The position numbers and the translations under genes were made by a program. DNA of 64,000 nucleotides from Ruminococcaceae bacterium UBA3215 (GTDB taxonomy: Bacteria; Bacillota; Clostridia; Oscillospirales; Ruminococcaceae), in assembly GCA_002363155.1 (NCBI GenBank), contig DEWH01000005.1, forward strand, positions 44,005 through 108,004. The letters run 5' to 3'. The notes beneath the pieces were generated by a model. The model saw nothing but the letters and a program-made list of their open reading frames with translations, did no database searches and was not told where the DNA came from. This document shows, piece by piece, positions 9,834 through 19,594 of this stretch (its first letter is position 1; each line of letters starts with the position of its first letter).

Positions 9834-10465
9834 CTTACTATACCGAATACCGCATAAAACAGGCGGTGAAATTTGCTGCGGTAGTTATTGCCGCGGCGAT
9901 CATAGGCATACTTATCGGTCATCTCGTCAGCAATTACGAGATGAGGTTCATGCTTTCGCGGAAATACCACGGAACATACAAGGGCATTGAGGTATATACG
10001 TCGGGCCTGCTTGATGAGCAGAATTTCCGTGCGCACGCACAGATGCTCGGAACTGCGCCGGATAAGCTTACCGAATGCTGCGACAGGCTGTATTTCACGG
10101 GTACGGATCTTGAACTGCCGGGATATGATGCCGGTCTTGGTTCGGCGCTCGGACTTACGCAGAACCGCACGGTGTACATCTCAACGGAAAGCTTCAGCTC
10201 ATACGTCGTTTATCACGAGCTTTTCCACGCCTACGACAACACTCACGGCAGCCCGCTTTCTTCGTCCGACGAGTTCATGAAGCTGTATGCATCGAACCGG
10301 AGGGTGATCCCGGTATTTGCCGCTGACAGTTCGGCTTATCTGTCGGAGTTTTTCGCGCAGGCGGGAGCCATGTATCTGCTGATGCCCGCTGAGCTTAAGT
10401 ACTCTGCGCCAGATCTTTATGATTATTATGATGAGACACTCGGATTCGGTGAGGAGTCATACTAA
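9830..10465 (+). CDS. Membrane-anchored HEXXH zinc metallopeptidase-like protein
   Basis: N-terminal TM, HELFHAYD, downstream SEFFAQ and APDLYDY; ATGA overlap with the upstream gene. Confidence 0.7.
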   Translation: MTYYTEYRIKQAVKFAAVVIAAAIIGILIGHLVSNYEMRFMLSRKYHGTYKGIEVYTSGLLDEQNFRAHAQMLGTAPDKLTECCDRLYFTGTDLELPGYDAGLGSALGLTQNRTVYISTESFSSYVVYHELFHAYDNTHGSPLSSSDEFMKLYASNRRVIPVFAADSSAYLSEFFAQAGAMYLLMPAELKYSAPDLYDYYDETLGFGEESY

Positions 10466-10498
10466 ATCAGCATCTATCTGCAGACAAAACCAAGTAAT

Positions 10499-10569
10499 TT
10501 CGTCACGATTCAGATATGCGCGCAGAGCGCGCTCCATAATTGTGCATTGTGCATTGTGAATTGTGCATT
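10499..10569. repeat. Heptamer-armed repeat family B, half copy
   Basis: TTCGTCACGATTCAGAT, small hairpin, then AATTGTGCATTGTGCATTGTGAATTGTGCATT. Confidence 0.8.
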
Positions 10570-10595
10570 TGTCTATATAGTTGTAGTTTGTACAG

Positions 10596-10640
10596 AAAAA
10601 GACCGGTGAAACTTTTGGTTTCATCGGTCTCAGTTTTTTC
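10596..10640. terminator. Bidirectional terminator between convergent genes
   Basis: AAAAAGACCGGTGAAAC...GTTTCATCGGTCT with A/T runs on both sides. Confidence 0.55.
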
Positions 10641-10710
10641 AAAAAGCTTTTTTATTATGCAGATATTCCCCGATCTCAGGTGAAGTGGATCGGATCTTCT
10701 CCGTTGCCGT

Positions 10711-11277
10711 TTACTTCATGAATGGGAAGGAACGGACAATTGCGGGTTCCTTTGCTTTTCCGGCGCATACCTGGAAGAATGCGATTATCTGGAGTACAGT
10801 TACGATCAGTATGCAGATAGGTGCTGCTATCCAGCCGAGGAACGGTACTATCATAAGGAACGTGCAGAGTATCTCGGTGATCTGGAGCTTCATTGCCTGT
10901 CTTACATGGAACTGGAGGTACTTCGAGTCACGGCTTGCGAGAAGAGCGATAACTACGCCGATAACGCTCAGCATATATGTAGCCATGGCATATACCTTGT
11001 TGTCGGAAATATCCTTCGGATCAAATTCGGACGTGTGATCGTACTGATCCGCAGGTGCCTGCTGATACTGATACTGCTGTTGCTGCTGATACTGGTACTG
11101 CTGCTGTTGCTGCTGGGGAGCGGGAGCAGGTATCGGTGCGGGTGCTGCCTGTTCGGGCGCGGGCTGCTGAGCTGCGGGCTGTTCGGAAGCGGGAGCAGCA
11201 TTTACGGGAGCGCCGCAGGACGTGCAGAAAACGGAACCGTCAGGCACCTGTGCGCCGCATTTTGTACAAAAAGCCAT
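10711..11277 (-). CDS. Zinc-ribbon membrane protein (DUF4870-like C-terminus, Q/Y-rich linker)
   Basis: FCTKCG...FCTSCG, PAQ/QQQY low-complexity linker, three TM segments with FHVRQA. Confidence 0.8.
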   Translation of the reverse strand: MAFCTKCGAQVPDGSVFCTSCGAPVNAAPASEQPAAQQPAPEQAAPAPIPAPAPQQQQQQYQYQQQQQYQYQQAPADQYDHTSEFDPKDISDNKVYAMATYMLSVIGVVIALLASRDSKYLQFHVRQAMKLQITEILCTFLMIVPFLGWIAAPICILIVTVLQIIAFFQVCAGKAKEPAIVRSFPFMK

Positions 11278-11437
11278 AATAAATTTCTCCTTCAGATACA
11301 GTTTTGAACCGTTGGTTCTATATCTCTTATATTATATCATTACCGTCACATTTTGTCAACATTACAAGATAAATATACAGTAAACATTTTTCGGCAAAAA
11401 TATCCCGCCGCAGAGGTTTATATGCGGCGGGATATGC

Positions 11438-12853
11438 TTACATGTTGTTGAGATGATACTTTTTGAAGATCGTCGGCCAGTCTTTATAGCTGTAGTCGAG
11501 ATCTATCTCGTTCTGTATGCCGTTTACCTTTCCGGTGAATGAGTACTGCCAGATATAATAGCCGCCGTCGTAGGTGACTTCATCGCCTACCTGTGCGAGC
11601 CATACCGCGTACTTGTCGAGGGTGTTCATTTCGAGATAAGTTTCGATCCACGCCTTGTACGAATAGAACATCGGGAAGTAGTGGTTCTCCATAAGCACTT
11701 CAAAGAACGCGTCGATCATGTTGGTGAGCTTCTTCTTGCCGATCTTGCCCTGGTACTGTTCCTCCATATCGAGGATAACGGGGTATTGTATCTGGTAATC
11801 CTTGATGACCTGGACGAAGAATTCCGCTTCCTCGCGGGCTTCTTCCACTGACGAAGCGTAGCTGTAGAAGTAAACGCCCACATCAATGCCGTATTTCTGC
11901 GCTTCCTCTATGTTGCGCCGGAAGCATACATCTTCAGCCATGGGCTTCTCTTCGGATATGTATCCTCTTGCAGCTCTTATTATTGCGAACTCAACGCCGG
12001 AAGCAGCTACCTTTTCCCAGTCTATACTGTCGCCCTGCGCCCACGAAACATCTATTCCCTTGCGGAATACGTCCGGTTCATCTATGAGGATATCGACGGT
12101 CATTTCCTCGTATTCGTATTCGGGTCTGCCGTCAATGAGCTGACCGCTCCTGGTGAGGGTAATGGTCTTGAATCTTGTGTATGTGGCCACCTCGTTAAGT
12201 ACTATCTTACCGCTGCACTTTACGTTTGATGCGGTACCTATGGTAAGGTGACCGCTCACATCTATAACGCCGTTCAGCGAAATTGCCATTTTTCCGCGGA
12301 GTTCGAGGGTGCTGTTCTGTGTGGTGGTTATCGTACCGCTCTGTTTTACGTCACTGCTCTTGTAGAAGCTCATAACGCCCTTTACAAGCACGTTCGCGCC
12401 CTTGTATATCTTGACGGCGGAAGATGTTTCCGCAAAACCGCGGTTGAATACGGTCATATTTCCGGAAACGCCGATCTCCGCGCTGACTGACGAACGGAAA
12501 GAGCCGTAGATGTTGAGCTTGCCGCCTTTTTTGACGTTAAGCGAGCCGTAGTTCGAGAGGGTACCGCCTATTGCGACGGAAAGCTCTCCGTAAACGGTGA
12601 TCTTTCCGGCTGACATTATTTTGAGATCTCCGCCCTCGCGGACGCTGAGTTTAGTGCCTTCGGGTACGGTTATCGCTTTTCTTACCTTTATATCGGCAAG
12701 GACATAATATGTACGTCCGGCTTTCAGCGTTGCCTGTCCGTCCCAGATGGTTACGGAAGCGGCCGATGACTGAACGGGGAATGAGGCTATCATAAGGGCG
12801 GCGCAGAGCAGTACCGATATTATCAGCCGCACAATTTTTATGTCACGAGTCAT
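11438..12853 (-). CDS. Secreted GH25 muramidase with N-terminal beta-repeat region
   Basis: Signal peptide; GIDVSWAQG, GVYFYSYA, YPVILDME and IWQYS motifs. Confidence 0.88.
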   Translation of the reverse strand: MTRDIKIVRLIISVLLCAALMIASFPVQSSAASVTIWDGQATLKAGRTYYVLADIKVRKAITVPEGTKLSVREGGDLKIMSAGKITVYGELSVAIGGTLSNYGSLNVKKGGKLNIYGSFRSSVSAEIGVSGNMTVFNRGFAETSSAVKIYKGANVLVKGVMSFYKSSDVKQSGTITTTQNSTLELRGKMAISLNGVIDVSGHLTIGTASNVKCSGKIVLNEVATYTRFKTITLTRSGQLIDGRPEYEYEEMTVDILIDEPDVFRKGIDVSWAQGDSIDWEKVAASGVEFAIIRAARGYISEEKPMAEDVCFRRNIEEAQKYGIDVGVYFYSYASSVEEAREEAEFFVQVIKDYQIQYPVILDMEEQYQGKIGKKKLTNMIDAFFEVLMENHYFPMFYSYKAWIETYLEMNTLDKYAVWLAQVGDEVTYDGGYYIWQYSFTGKVNGIQNEIDLDYSYKDWPTIFKKYHLNNM

Positions 12854-13262
12854 ACTATCTTCCTTTCGGGGATTTGTGCTTTAAGGGAATAATACACAAA
12901 GGCTGTGCAGTATTGTCCTTCTTTATTTTCGCATATTTATGCCGAAATGTCAATATTATTTTGTTTTTTTCATTTATTTGACAAAAAATCAAATGCGGTT
13001 TTCCACTTTTTCAACGTTAAAAAGCCGTTAAAAACTGTGTTTTCAGGTGGTTTTGCACCGGTTTTGAGCACTTTCCACAGCAAAAGGACAGTGCGGATTT
13101 ATTTTTATTCTGTTAAAAATTCACTATTTTTTTGCGGTGGACTTAAAACGACATTAAAAACGCTTGACGATAAACGCAATTTAAGGTATTATTATTCTGC
13201 ATACTGAAAGTATGCCATGCTGTAATCAACAGCGGTTAACTTATGCTGAAAAGAGAAAGAAA

Positions 13263-13901
13263 ATGCCGCAGACAATTGTATCCGCATCAATACTCAACTC
13301 CGATCTTGCCGATCTTAAAGGAACAGCCGCGCGCGTTGACGCAAGCGGGGCGGAGTGGCTGCACTTCGACGTTATGGACGGCGAATTCGTTGAGAACATA
13401 ACCTTCGGAAGCTCTGTACTGAATGCGGTAAGACCCCATTCCCGCGCCTTCAGGGACGTTCATCTCATGGTGGCTCACCCTATGAGGCAGATAAAGCTCT
13501 TTGCCGAAGCGGGAGCGGATAATATAACATTCCACGTTGAAAGCGACTGCGACCCGGAAGAGGCGATCGCGGAGATACACCGTCTCGGACTTCGCGCCGG
13601 GATCTCGGTAAAGCCGGGAACTCCCGTTTCCGCGATAGAGCCGTACATAGCCGCAGCAGACATGGTGCTTGTGATGACCGTCGAGCCGGGTTACGGCGGA
13701 CAGGGTTTCATTCGCTCCACCCTTGACAAGATAAGACAGATCCGGGCTCTTGACCCGGACAAGTACATAGAGGTTGACGGCGGTATAAATCCGGAAACTT
13801 CAAAACTTGTGCGCGAAGCCGGAGCAAATGTCCTCGTTGCCGGAACATTCCTGTTCCGTGCTGAGGATATGTCTGCTGCGGTAAAGGAACTTCGCGGCTG
13901 A
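13263..13901 (+). CDS. rpe: Ribulose-phosphate 3-epimerase
   Basis: HFDVMDG, DVHLMV, MTVEPGYGGQ and EVDGG motifs. Confidence 0.95.
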   Translation: MPQTIVSASILNSDLADLKGTAARVDASGAEWLHFDVMDGEFVENITFGSSVLNAVRPHSRAFRDVHLMVAHPMRQIKLFAEAGADNITFHVESDCDPEEAIAEIHRLGLRAGISVKPGTPVSAIEPYIAAADMVLVMTVEPGYGGQGFIRSTLDKIRQIRALDPDKYIEVDGGINPETSKLVREAGANVLVAGTFLFRAEDMSAAVKELRG

Positions 13902-13909
13902 ACCGGAGG

Positions 13910-14470
13910 TCATATCAGCTCCGCTATAAGCTCAGCTGCGCCCTCCGCGCATATTTCCCCGCCGTACTCCGTAATATAGGCTATGTCGGATGCCTCGTCC
14001 GTCATCTCGCCGAACTCTTCCGCAAGCCGGCATATTTCGCACATAACTCCGGTCGCAGCGGAAATTATCATGCAGTAATCCGAGCCGAAACGGTACAGCG
14101 CAGAGTGCTCCGCTTTACCGGAAATACAGCGGCAGAAATGCGCCGCGTCACGGAATGAGCCGATCGTACACATCACTGTCTCCGAGCTGTCCTCAGTCTC
14201 CGGAGGGGGCAGGACTCCCGTGCCGAGAGTCGAAACGTACAGCACACAGCCTCCGTCATCTGACGGGAAAGCTTCAAGGAAGAGACGCTCCGGCTTCTGA
14301 CCCTTGAAAAGGGAGCTTTCGGACTGGAACTTTTTCAGAAATCCGGTAAGGCTCCGCTTGGATTCGGCGCTTCTTGCGCGGAGGCTTGCGCTTTCAAGTG
14401 AATAGCGGTCCATATCTCCGCGGGTAAGAACGATCTTTACGGTGTTTCTGCTTAATGTGTCATAGTACAT
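13910..14470 (-). CDS. mecA: MecA-family ClpC adaptor-like protein
   Basis: NTVKIVLTRGDM, LFLEAFP...GCVLYVS, SALYR and ITEYG; ATG 14470 with GAGG RBS. Confidence 0.7.
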   Translation of the reverse strand: MYYDTLSRNTVKIVLTRGDMDRYSLESASLRARSAESKRSLTGFLKKFQSESSLFKGQKPERLFLEAFPSDDGGCVLYVSTLGTGVLPPPETEDSSETVMCTIGSFRDAAHFCRCISGKAEHSALYRFGSDYCMIISAATGVMCEICRLAEEFGEMTDEASDIAYITEYGGEICAEGAAELIAELI

Positions 14471-14507
14471 GGCGAACCTCCGATAAAATATGTTATAAAG
14501 GTATAAG

Positions 14508-15905
14508 ATGTCTGACAATACATTTGAACTGCTGGATCTCTTCGACAGCGACGTAAAGCCTTACGACACTGCCGTTGTGAGAAAACAGCGAAAACCAAGA
14601 TCTATATACGGCGATCAGCTTATCTGTCTTGCCGCGCTTATGGGAATGAGCGTCTGGCAGAGCGGCTGGCGCGCGCTGGTGATATGCATAGGCTCTGTGC
14701 TTGTGTGCATTATCGCCGATATCGTGTTCTGCCGTATGACAAAGAAAACATATAATCCGAAGGACCTTTCGACTATCGCGGCGGGTCTTTGCATCGCTCT
14801 TATGATGCCCGCGTCCGTGCATTACGGAATAGTCGCCGGAGGTGCTCTTCTTGCGATAGCGGTGAAGCATATTTTCGGCGGAAAGGATAACTATATCTTC
14901 AACCCCACCTGTGTGGCGATAGCTTTCCTTATTATCTGCTATCCGAATGATATGCTGTCTTACCCGGCAGCGGGAAGCAAGCCGGAGCTGTGGGGAGATA
15001 CGGGAGTCCAGCTCGTATCCGGCATCGAGAGCTATCTTCTTAAACTCGGTACTGCCCCCACCGTGAACTACGAGAATTTTATGCTCGGCAATTTTGCCGG
15101 ACCTATGGGTACCACCCACATTCTCATTATCGCTGTGTGCGGCATCTGCCTTATGTTCCGCAGATCTCTGTCTCCGCTTGTAATGCTGTGCGGACTCGGT
15201 TCCTACTGCGCACTCACCGCGCTTTTCCCGGTTTTCTCCAATATCGGCGATACGCTGATGCTTGAGCTTTCGGCGGGGTATCTCCTGTTCGGATTCGTAT
15301 TTCTTGCGGCTGACCCGCAGACTATGCCTGCTACCGCGGCGGGAAAGATCGTGTACGGGCTGGTGATCGGCATCGTCGGCTGTCTGTTCCGCCATTTCGG
15401 AAAAGTGGAAGGCTCCTTCATCTTCGTCTTGCTTATCGCAAACGCTCTTTCGCTGCATCTCGACGAAGCCTGTGCTTACATCGGCGCCCGCATAAAGCAG
15501 GCGGCAGGATATCTTCACGAAAATATGGGAAGGTACGAAGCGCTCCGTGATTCTGCAGAGAATGAAAGACGCCCGAAACTTACCGATACTATGGAAATTA
15601 TTGTTCCACCGACGAACTACAATATGCCGCCGATAGACAATAAGGTCACAAAAATAAACCGCAGAAAGTCGAATATTGTTACAAGATACGTCGATAACCT
15701 CCGAATAAGGCGGAAGAAGGAAATGCTCGTCCGCAAGAAACAGGTCAGGGACGAAGAGAACGACTATATGAATTCGATGCGGCGTATGATGTCGAGGAAG
15801 AAAACGCCTGCACAGAAGCCTTCCGAAAAGAAAACGGTTATCGGGCATATCATCAAGCAGCCGCAGAAAAAATCCCGGCAGAAAAACAATAAACAGGGTC
15901 AATAA
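14508..15905 (+). CDS. RnfD/NqrB-like membrane protein (divergent) with basic C-terminal tail
   Basis: KHIFGGKDNYIFNP, GPMGTT and FLAADPQTMP motifs. Confidence 0.8.
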   Translation: MSDNTFELLDLFDSDVKPYDTAVVRKQRKPRSIYGDQLICLAALMGMSVWQSGWRALVICIGSVLVCIIADIVFCRMTKKTYNPKDLSTIAAGLCIALMMPASVHYGIVAGGALLAIAVKHIFGGKDNYIFNPTCVAIAFLIICYPNDMLSYPAAGSKPELWGDTGVQLVSGIESYLLKLGTAPTVNYENFMLGNFAGPMGTTHILIIAVCGICLMFRRSLSPLVMLCGLGSYCALTALFPVFSNIGDTLMLELSAGYLLFGFVFLAADPQTMPATAAGKIVYGLVIGIVGCLFRHFGKVEGSFIFVLLIANALSLHLDEACAYIGARIKQAAGYLHENMGRYEALRDSAENERRPKLTDTMEIIVPPTNYNMPPIDNKVTKINRRKSNIVTRYVDNLRIRRKKEMLVRKKQVRDEENDYMNSMRRMMSRKKTPAQKPSEKKTVIGHIIKQPQKKSRQKNNKQGQ

Positions 15906-15944
15906 TGCCGTTATCCAAATAGATTCGGCATAAACGGATATACT

Positions 15945-16850
15945 ATGGAAAACAGGATCAATTTAAACGACGGTCTCATAAAACAGAATATGGTATTTAT
16001 GAGCGGTATGCTTATAGCGCCCGTCATTGCCTGTGCCACATCTCTTTCAAAGAGTCTGGCGCTGTGTTTTGTGTTTTCCTTTGTTTCTTTTGCTGCAATA
16101 ATTCTGTGCCGCTTCATACCGAGAACGATAGTCTATACCGTGCGCGTGACGCTCTATACCATCGCTGCCGCAGTATTCTATATCCCGGCGTGTCTGCTGG
16201 CGGAGCTGGTATTCGGTGAAGCTGTGATAACAAGCGCGGGCGTTTATCTTCCGATACTTGTGACGAACTCGCTTATCCTCTCAAAGACCGAGACGCGTTT
16301 TTATCTCGAACCGCCTGCCAATATGGTAAGGGACGTGATCGAATTTATTATCGGATTCGATGCTGCCTGCGCGCTTACCGGATTTTTCCGTGAACTGCTG
16401 GCATCGGGAAGAGTAGGCGGCGCGGAGGTGCCGGTGCTGTTTACGATACCGGCTCTTGAAACGACATTCGGCGGTTTCCTTTTCGTGGGCATAGGCGCCG
16501 GGCTGTTCAGAGCCGTTTATAACCGCAGCAAGAAACGTGCATCGGAGGAAGCGGACGACAGCGAGGATTCCCTTGCCGAGTATGCCGAGGATATGGGCGA
16601 GTTCCTTGTCGGAAAGCACGGCAGGAGTGAGAAGATACGCATATACAAGGCTGCTGTCGGAAAAGCGAAAAATGAGAATGAGCTTCTCGAAATGGAGTTC
16701 CTCAGCAACCGCGACGTTCTTGCCGCGTTTGAAGCCATAGTAAGCGAAGGGCAGGAACTTTCCGCTCCGCCGGAAGAGAATGCGGAGCCCCAGGAAACCG
16801 GACCCGATGCGGAGGAAAAGGAGGACACAGACAATGGAAGCGTTTCTTAA
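15945..16850 (+). CDS. RnfE-like membrane protein (divergent) with acidic C-terminal tail
   Basis: GLIKQNMVF, LPILVTNSLILSK, RELLASG and GGFLFVG motifs. Confidence 0.78.
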   Translation: MENRINLNDGLIKQNMVFMSGMLIAPVIACATSLSKSLALCFVFSFVSFAAIILCRFIPRTIVYTVRVTLYTIAAAVFYIPACLLAELVFGEAVITSAGVYLPILVTNSLILSKTETRFYLEPPANMVRDVIEFIIGFDAACALTGFFRELLASGRVGGAEVPVLFTIPALETTFGGFLFVGIGAGLFRAVYNRSKKRASEEADDSEDSLAEYAEDMGEFLVGKHGRSEKIRIYKAAVGKAKNENELLEMEFLSNRDVLAAFEAIVSEGQELSAPPEENAEPQETGPDAEEKEDTDNGSVS

Positions 16851-17430
16851 TGTGATCTCCGCGGCACTTGCGTCGATCTTCGTGCAGAATATGGTGCTTG
16901 AACGCGCACTCGGAGCAAACGTGCTCCTTTACGCGTCCCGGAAAAAGGAGCACGTTATCGGATTTGCGGCGGCGATAGCCTACACCACCACGATATCCGC
17001 GCCTTTCGCGTGGCTTTTCGACACGATCTTCGGCGGATATGCGAATTACCGCATAATAATGCCGCTGCTGTATGTACTTACAATAGCGCTGATCTATATT
17101 CTTACGCTTGTGGTGATATGGAGGTTTTTCCCGAAGTTCTTCAAATCCCTCCGGCGCTATGTGCATCTTTCCGTTTTCAACTGCTCCGTGATAGGCGCGC
17201 TGTTCCTCTGCTCACAGCAGGGCAAGGATATATTTGCCTATCTCGGTTACGGCGTGGGAACGGGTCTCGGATTTCTTGTGGCTGCATATCTGCTTTACGC
17301 GGCTTCCGCAAGGCTCAATTCGCCGCTTATCCCCGCGGCATTCCGGGGATATCCTATAATGATAGTATATGTCGGTATCCTGTCACTTGCTCTTTACGCA
17401 TTCACCGGATATTCGACTTCCGCCCTTTAA
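16834..17430 (+). CDS. RnfA-like membrane protein (divergent)
   Basis: IFVQNMVL, FNCSVIG, GTGLGF and IPAAFRGYPI...GILSLA motifs; AAGGAGG RBS. Confidence 0.8.
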   Translation: MEAFLNVISAALASIFVQNMVLERALGANVLLYASRKKEHVIGFAAAIAYTTTISAPFAWLFDTIFGGYANYRIIMPLLYVLTIALIYILTLVVIWRFFPKFFKSLRRYVHLSVFNCSVIGALFLCSQQGKDIFAYLGYGVGTGLGFLVAAYLLYAASARLNSPLIPAAFRGYPIMIVYVGILSLALYAFTGYSTSAL

Positions 17431-17464
17431 GGGCTGCGCATTTTCCGAAAGGAGACAAAAGGAT

Positions 17465-18751
17465 TTGGAAAAGCGGAAATATTACGGCAGAAAGATAAAA
17501 AGGACAAAGAATCTGTACCGGAGAAGAAAGACTGCCGGACAGAAGGTATTCGGCACGGTGATGCTGGTGGTTGCGGCATCTGCGATCGCGTTTCTCGGAT
17601 TTTGCGTCGGCAAGCCGCTTCTCGACTACCTCGGCAGCATAGGAACGGATTCCCCGGCACAGGAATGGACTCCAGCCGCATCTTATATGCAGCGGCAGGG
17701 AGAGCCGGAGCGTACCGGTGATGTCGCGGCGGAGACGGACTATGGTGTGCCGGCTGTTGATCACGCGGAGCCGGAGACAGCCAATTCCGGATCGGCTGAA
17801 GCTGCGGCTGTGACTGAACCGCCTGTCACGGCTGTACCGGAGCAGACGACGACTGCCCCGCTTCTTATCCCCGTAAGCGACGGAACGCTCATTTCAACGG
17901 AAGTTCCCTCGGCGGCGCTTGCGAACCGCTCCTCTCTTGCGGCAGTTATTACAAAGGCGAAGAACAGCGGATACAATTCCGCGGTAGTTCAGCTCAAGGA
18001 CTCTAACGGCAATTTCAGGTACCGATCTTCCATTCCCGGAGTTTCGGGAAGCGATCTTGTAACGGGAACTATGACTCTTGATGAGATAATGTCGGTGTTT
18101 GCCGAAAACGGCGTGGTTCCGGTAGTGAAGCTGGCTGTGCTGCGTGACGAGGAAGGCTGTGCGCTGTTCACTGATATGAGCTACAAGTGCCTTGACGATC
18201 CGTCGGTATCGTGGCTTGAAGCGGGACAGAGGCGCTGGGCGAATCCCGAGAGCGACTCGCTTAGAGAGTATTTCGCAAAGATCATCGCAGAACTTAAAGA
18301 TGCCGGATTTCAGGAGATCATTCTTACGGACGTGATGTTCCCGGATTTCCAGCCCTATGACACGGAATGGATACCGGCGAAATATTTTGCGGCAGACAGA
18401 TACAAGATGCTGTACAATGTCGTAAGAGCCGGGAACATCATAGAGATGAAGGCATCGGACGTTATCGGCGGGACTTACGGCAGGTCTGCCGAGGTGCTTA
18501 ACGACATATCAATGCTGCACGACAACTCGGTCGCGCTGGTTATAAGCCGTGAGGATCTCCCGACAGAAGCCGGATATCCGGCAGATGCCAAGACACTTGC
18601 GGAGACTGTACTTGCGCAGGCGGCGAAAAAGACATTCGGGCTGAACGTGATACCGGTAATAGACGGCGCGGGATTTGACGACTCCGAAAAGTCGAAGATA
18701 GTGAGCGTTTTAAGCGAACTTGGCTATGAAAGCTATATTGTGGTACAATAA
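17465..18751 (+). CDS. Membrane-anchored putative glycoside hydrolase (DUF4015-like)
   Basis: Basic N-terminus, TM, T/P/E linker, GYNSAVVQLKD, WANPES and GFQEIILTDVMFP; TTG start after AAAGGAG. Confidence 0.65.
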   Translation: MEKRKYYGRKIKRTKNLYRRRKTAGQKVFGTVMLVVAASAIAFLGFCVGKPLLDYLGSIGTDSPAQEWTPAASYMQRQGEPERTGDVAAETDYGVPAVDHAEPETANSGSAEAAAVTEPPVTAVPEQTTTAPLLIPVSDGTLISTEVPSAALANRSSLAAVITKAKNSGYNSAVVQLKDSNGNFRYRSSIPGVSGSDLVTGTMTLDEIMSVFAENGVVPVVKLAVLRDEEGCALFTDMSYKCLDDPSVSWLEAGQRRWANPESDSLREYFAKIIAELKDAGFQEIILTDVMFPDFQPYDTEWIPAKYFAADRYKMLYNVVRAGNIIEMKASDVIGGTYGRSAEVLNDISMLHDNSVALVISREDLPTEAGYPADAKTLAETVLAQAAKKTFGLNVIPVIDGAGFDDSEKSKIVSVLSELGYESYIVVQ

Positions 18752-18836
18752 TTGACAAATAATGCTTGCATTTACCGAGAAAATATAGTATAATAAAGTG
18801 TATTCAAATACAGGCACAAAGGAAAGGACAGAAGTT

Positions 18837-19199
18837 ATGAATTTTGAAGCAATAAAACTTATGGCTGCAACAACAGCGGATCCCGGAAACCAGGCAAGCT
18901 GGACATCAATGCTTATTACGATAGTACCTCTTGCGCTGATGATAGTTGTATTCTATTTCCTGCTTATCCGCCCCGAGAAGAAGCGTGCAAAGAAGGAAAA
19001 GGCTATGCGCGAGAATCTGCAGGTAGCAGATGAAGTCGTTACTATCGGCGGTATTATCGGCAGAGTCCTCAGCATTCAGGAAGATACTGTTGTAGTCGAG
19101 ACCGGCAGCGACAGAAACCGTATTCGTGTGCTTAAGTCCGCTATCGCGGAGAACCGTACCGCTCACGACGATGTCGAAACGGTTACGATCAAGAAGTGA
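18837..19199 (+). CDS. yajC: Preprotein translocase subunit YajC
   Basis: FYFLLIRPE and DEVVTIGGIIG motifs. Confidence 0.93.
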   Translation: MNFEAIKLMAATTADPGNQASWTSMLITIVPLALMIVVFYFLLIRPEKKRAKKEKAMRENLQVADEVVTIGGIIGRVLSIQEDTVVVETGSDRNRIRVLKSAIAENRTAHDDVETVTIKK

Positions 19200-19455
19200 G
19201 AGAGATTTGAGAGACTTTGAGAGAGTTTCAGAGAAGGGGCTCTGCTTCGGCTGCTTTTTATGCGCGCGTCGTGCGCGCTTTTGGCAGCCTACTCGCGGCA
19301 TCGTGCCGCGACCCTGTGACCCCGCAAGCCCCCTTTGAAAAAGGGGGCTTGACCCCCTAAACAGACTGCTGTTTTTCATAGCGCACAGCCATGGGCAGCC
19401 GCAGCGAAAAATGCAGTGGGGTTGGCGAAAACTACATTTCAGAAACAAAGAGAAC
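19200..19455 (+). repeat. Mosaic intergenic repeat (GAGA tract, D hairpin, family A copy 2, G module)
   Basis: D motif at 19249-19289; A copy ends at 19362; 19363-19455 resembles the reverse complement of 20694-20788. Confidence 0.75.
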
Positions 19456-19594
19456 TGTATAGAAGAATGTAAAAAGCTGACAGCCTGATGTGAATTTCAC
19501 ATCAGGCTGTTTTTGTATATCCCGAAAAAAATCGGAGATACTATCAAGGCATTGAAAAATGCACAATCAGACGATCGAAAGGAAATGATATATC

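Noticed and set aside
11060-11115. Tandem CAG/TAT repeat
   Set aside because: In-frame Gln/Tyr linker; triplet changes would not phase-vary the gene
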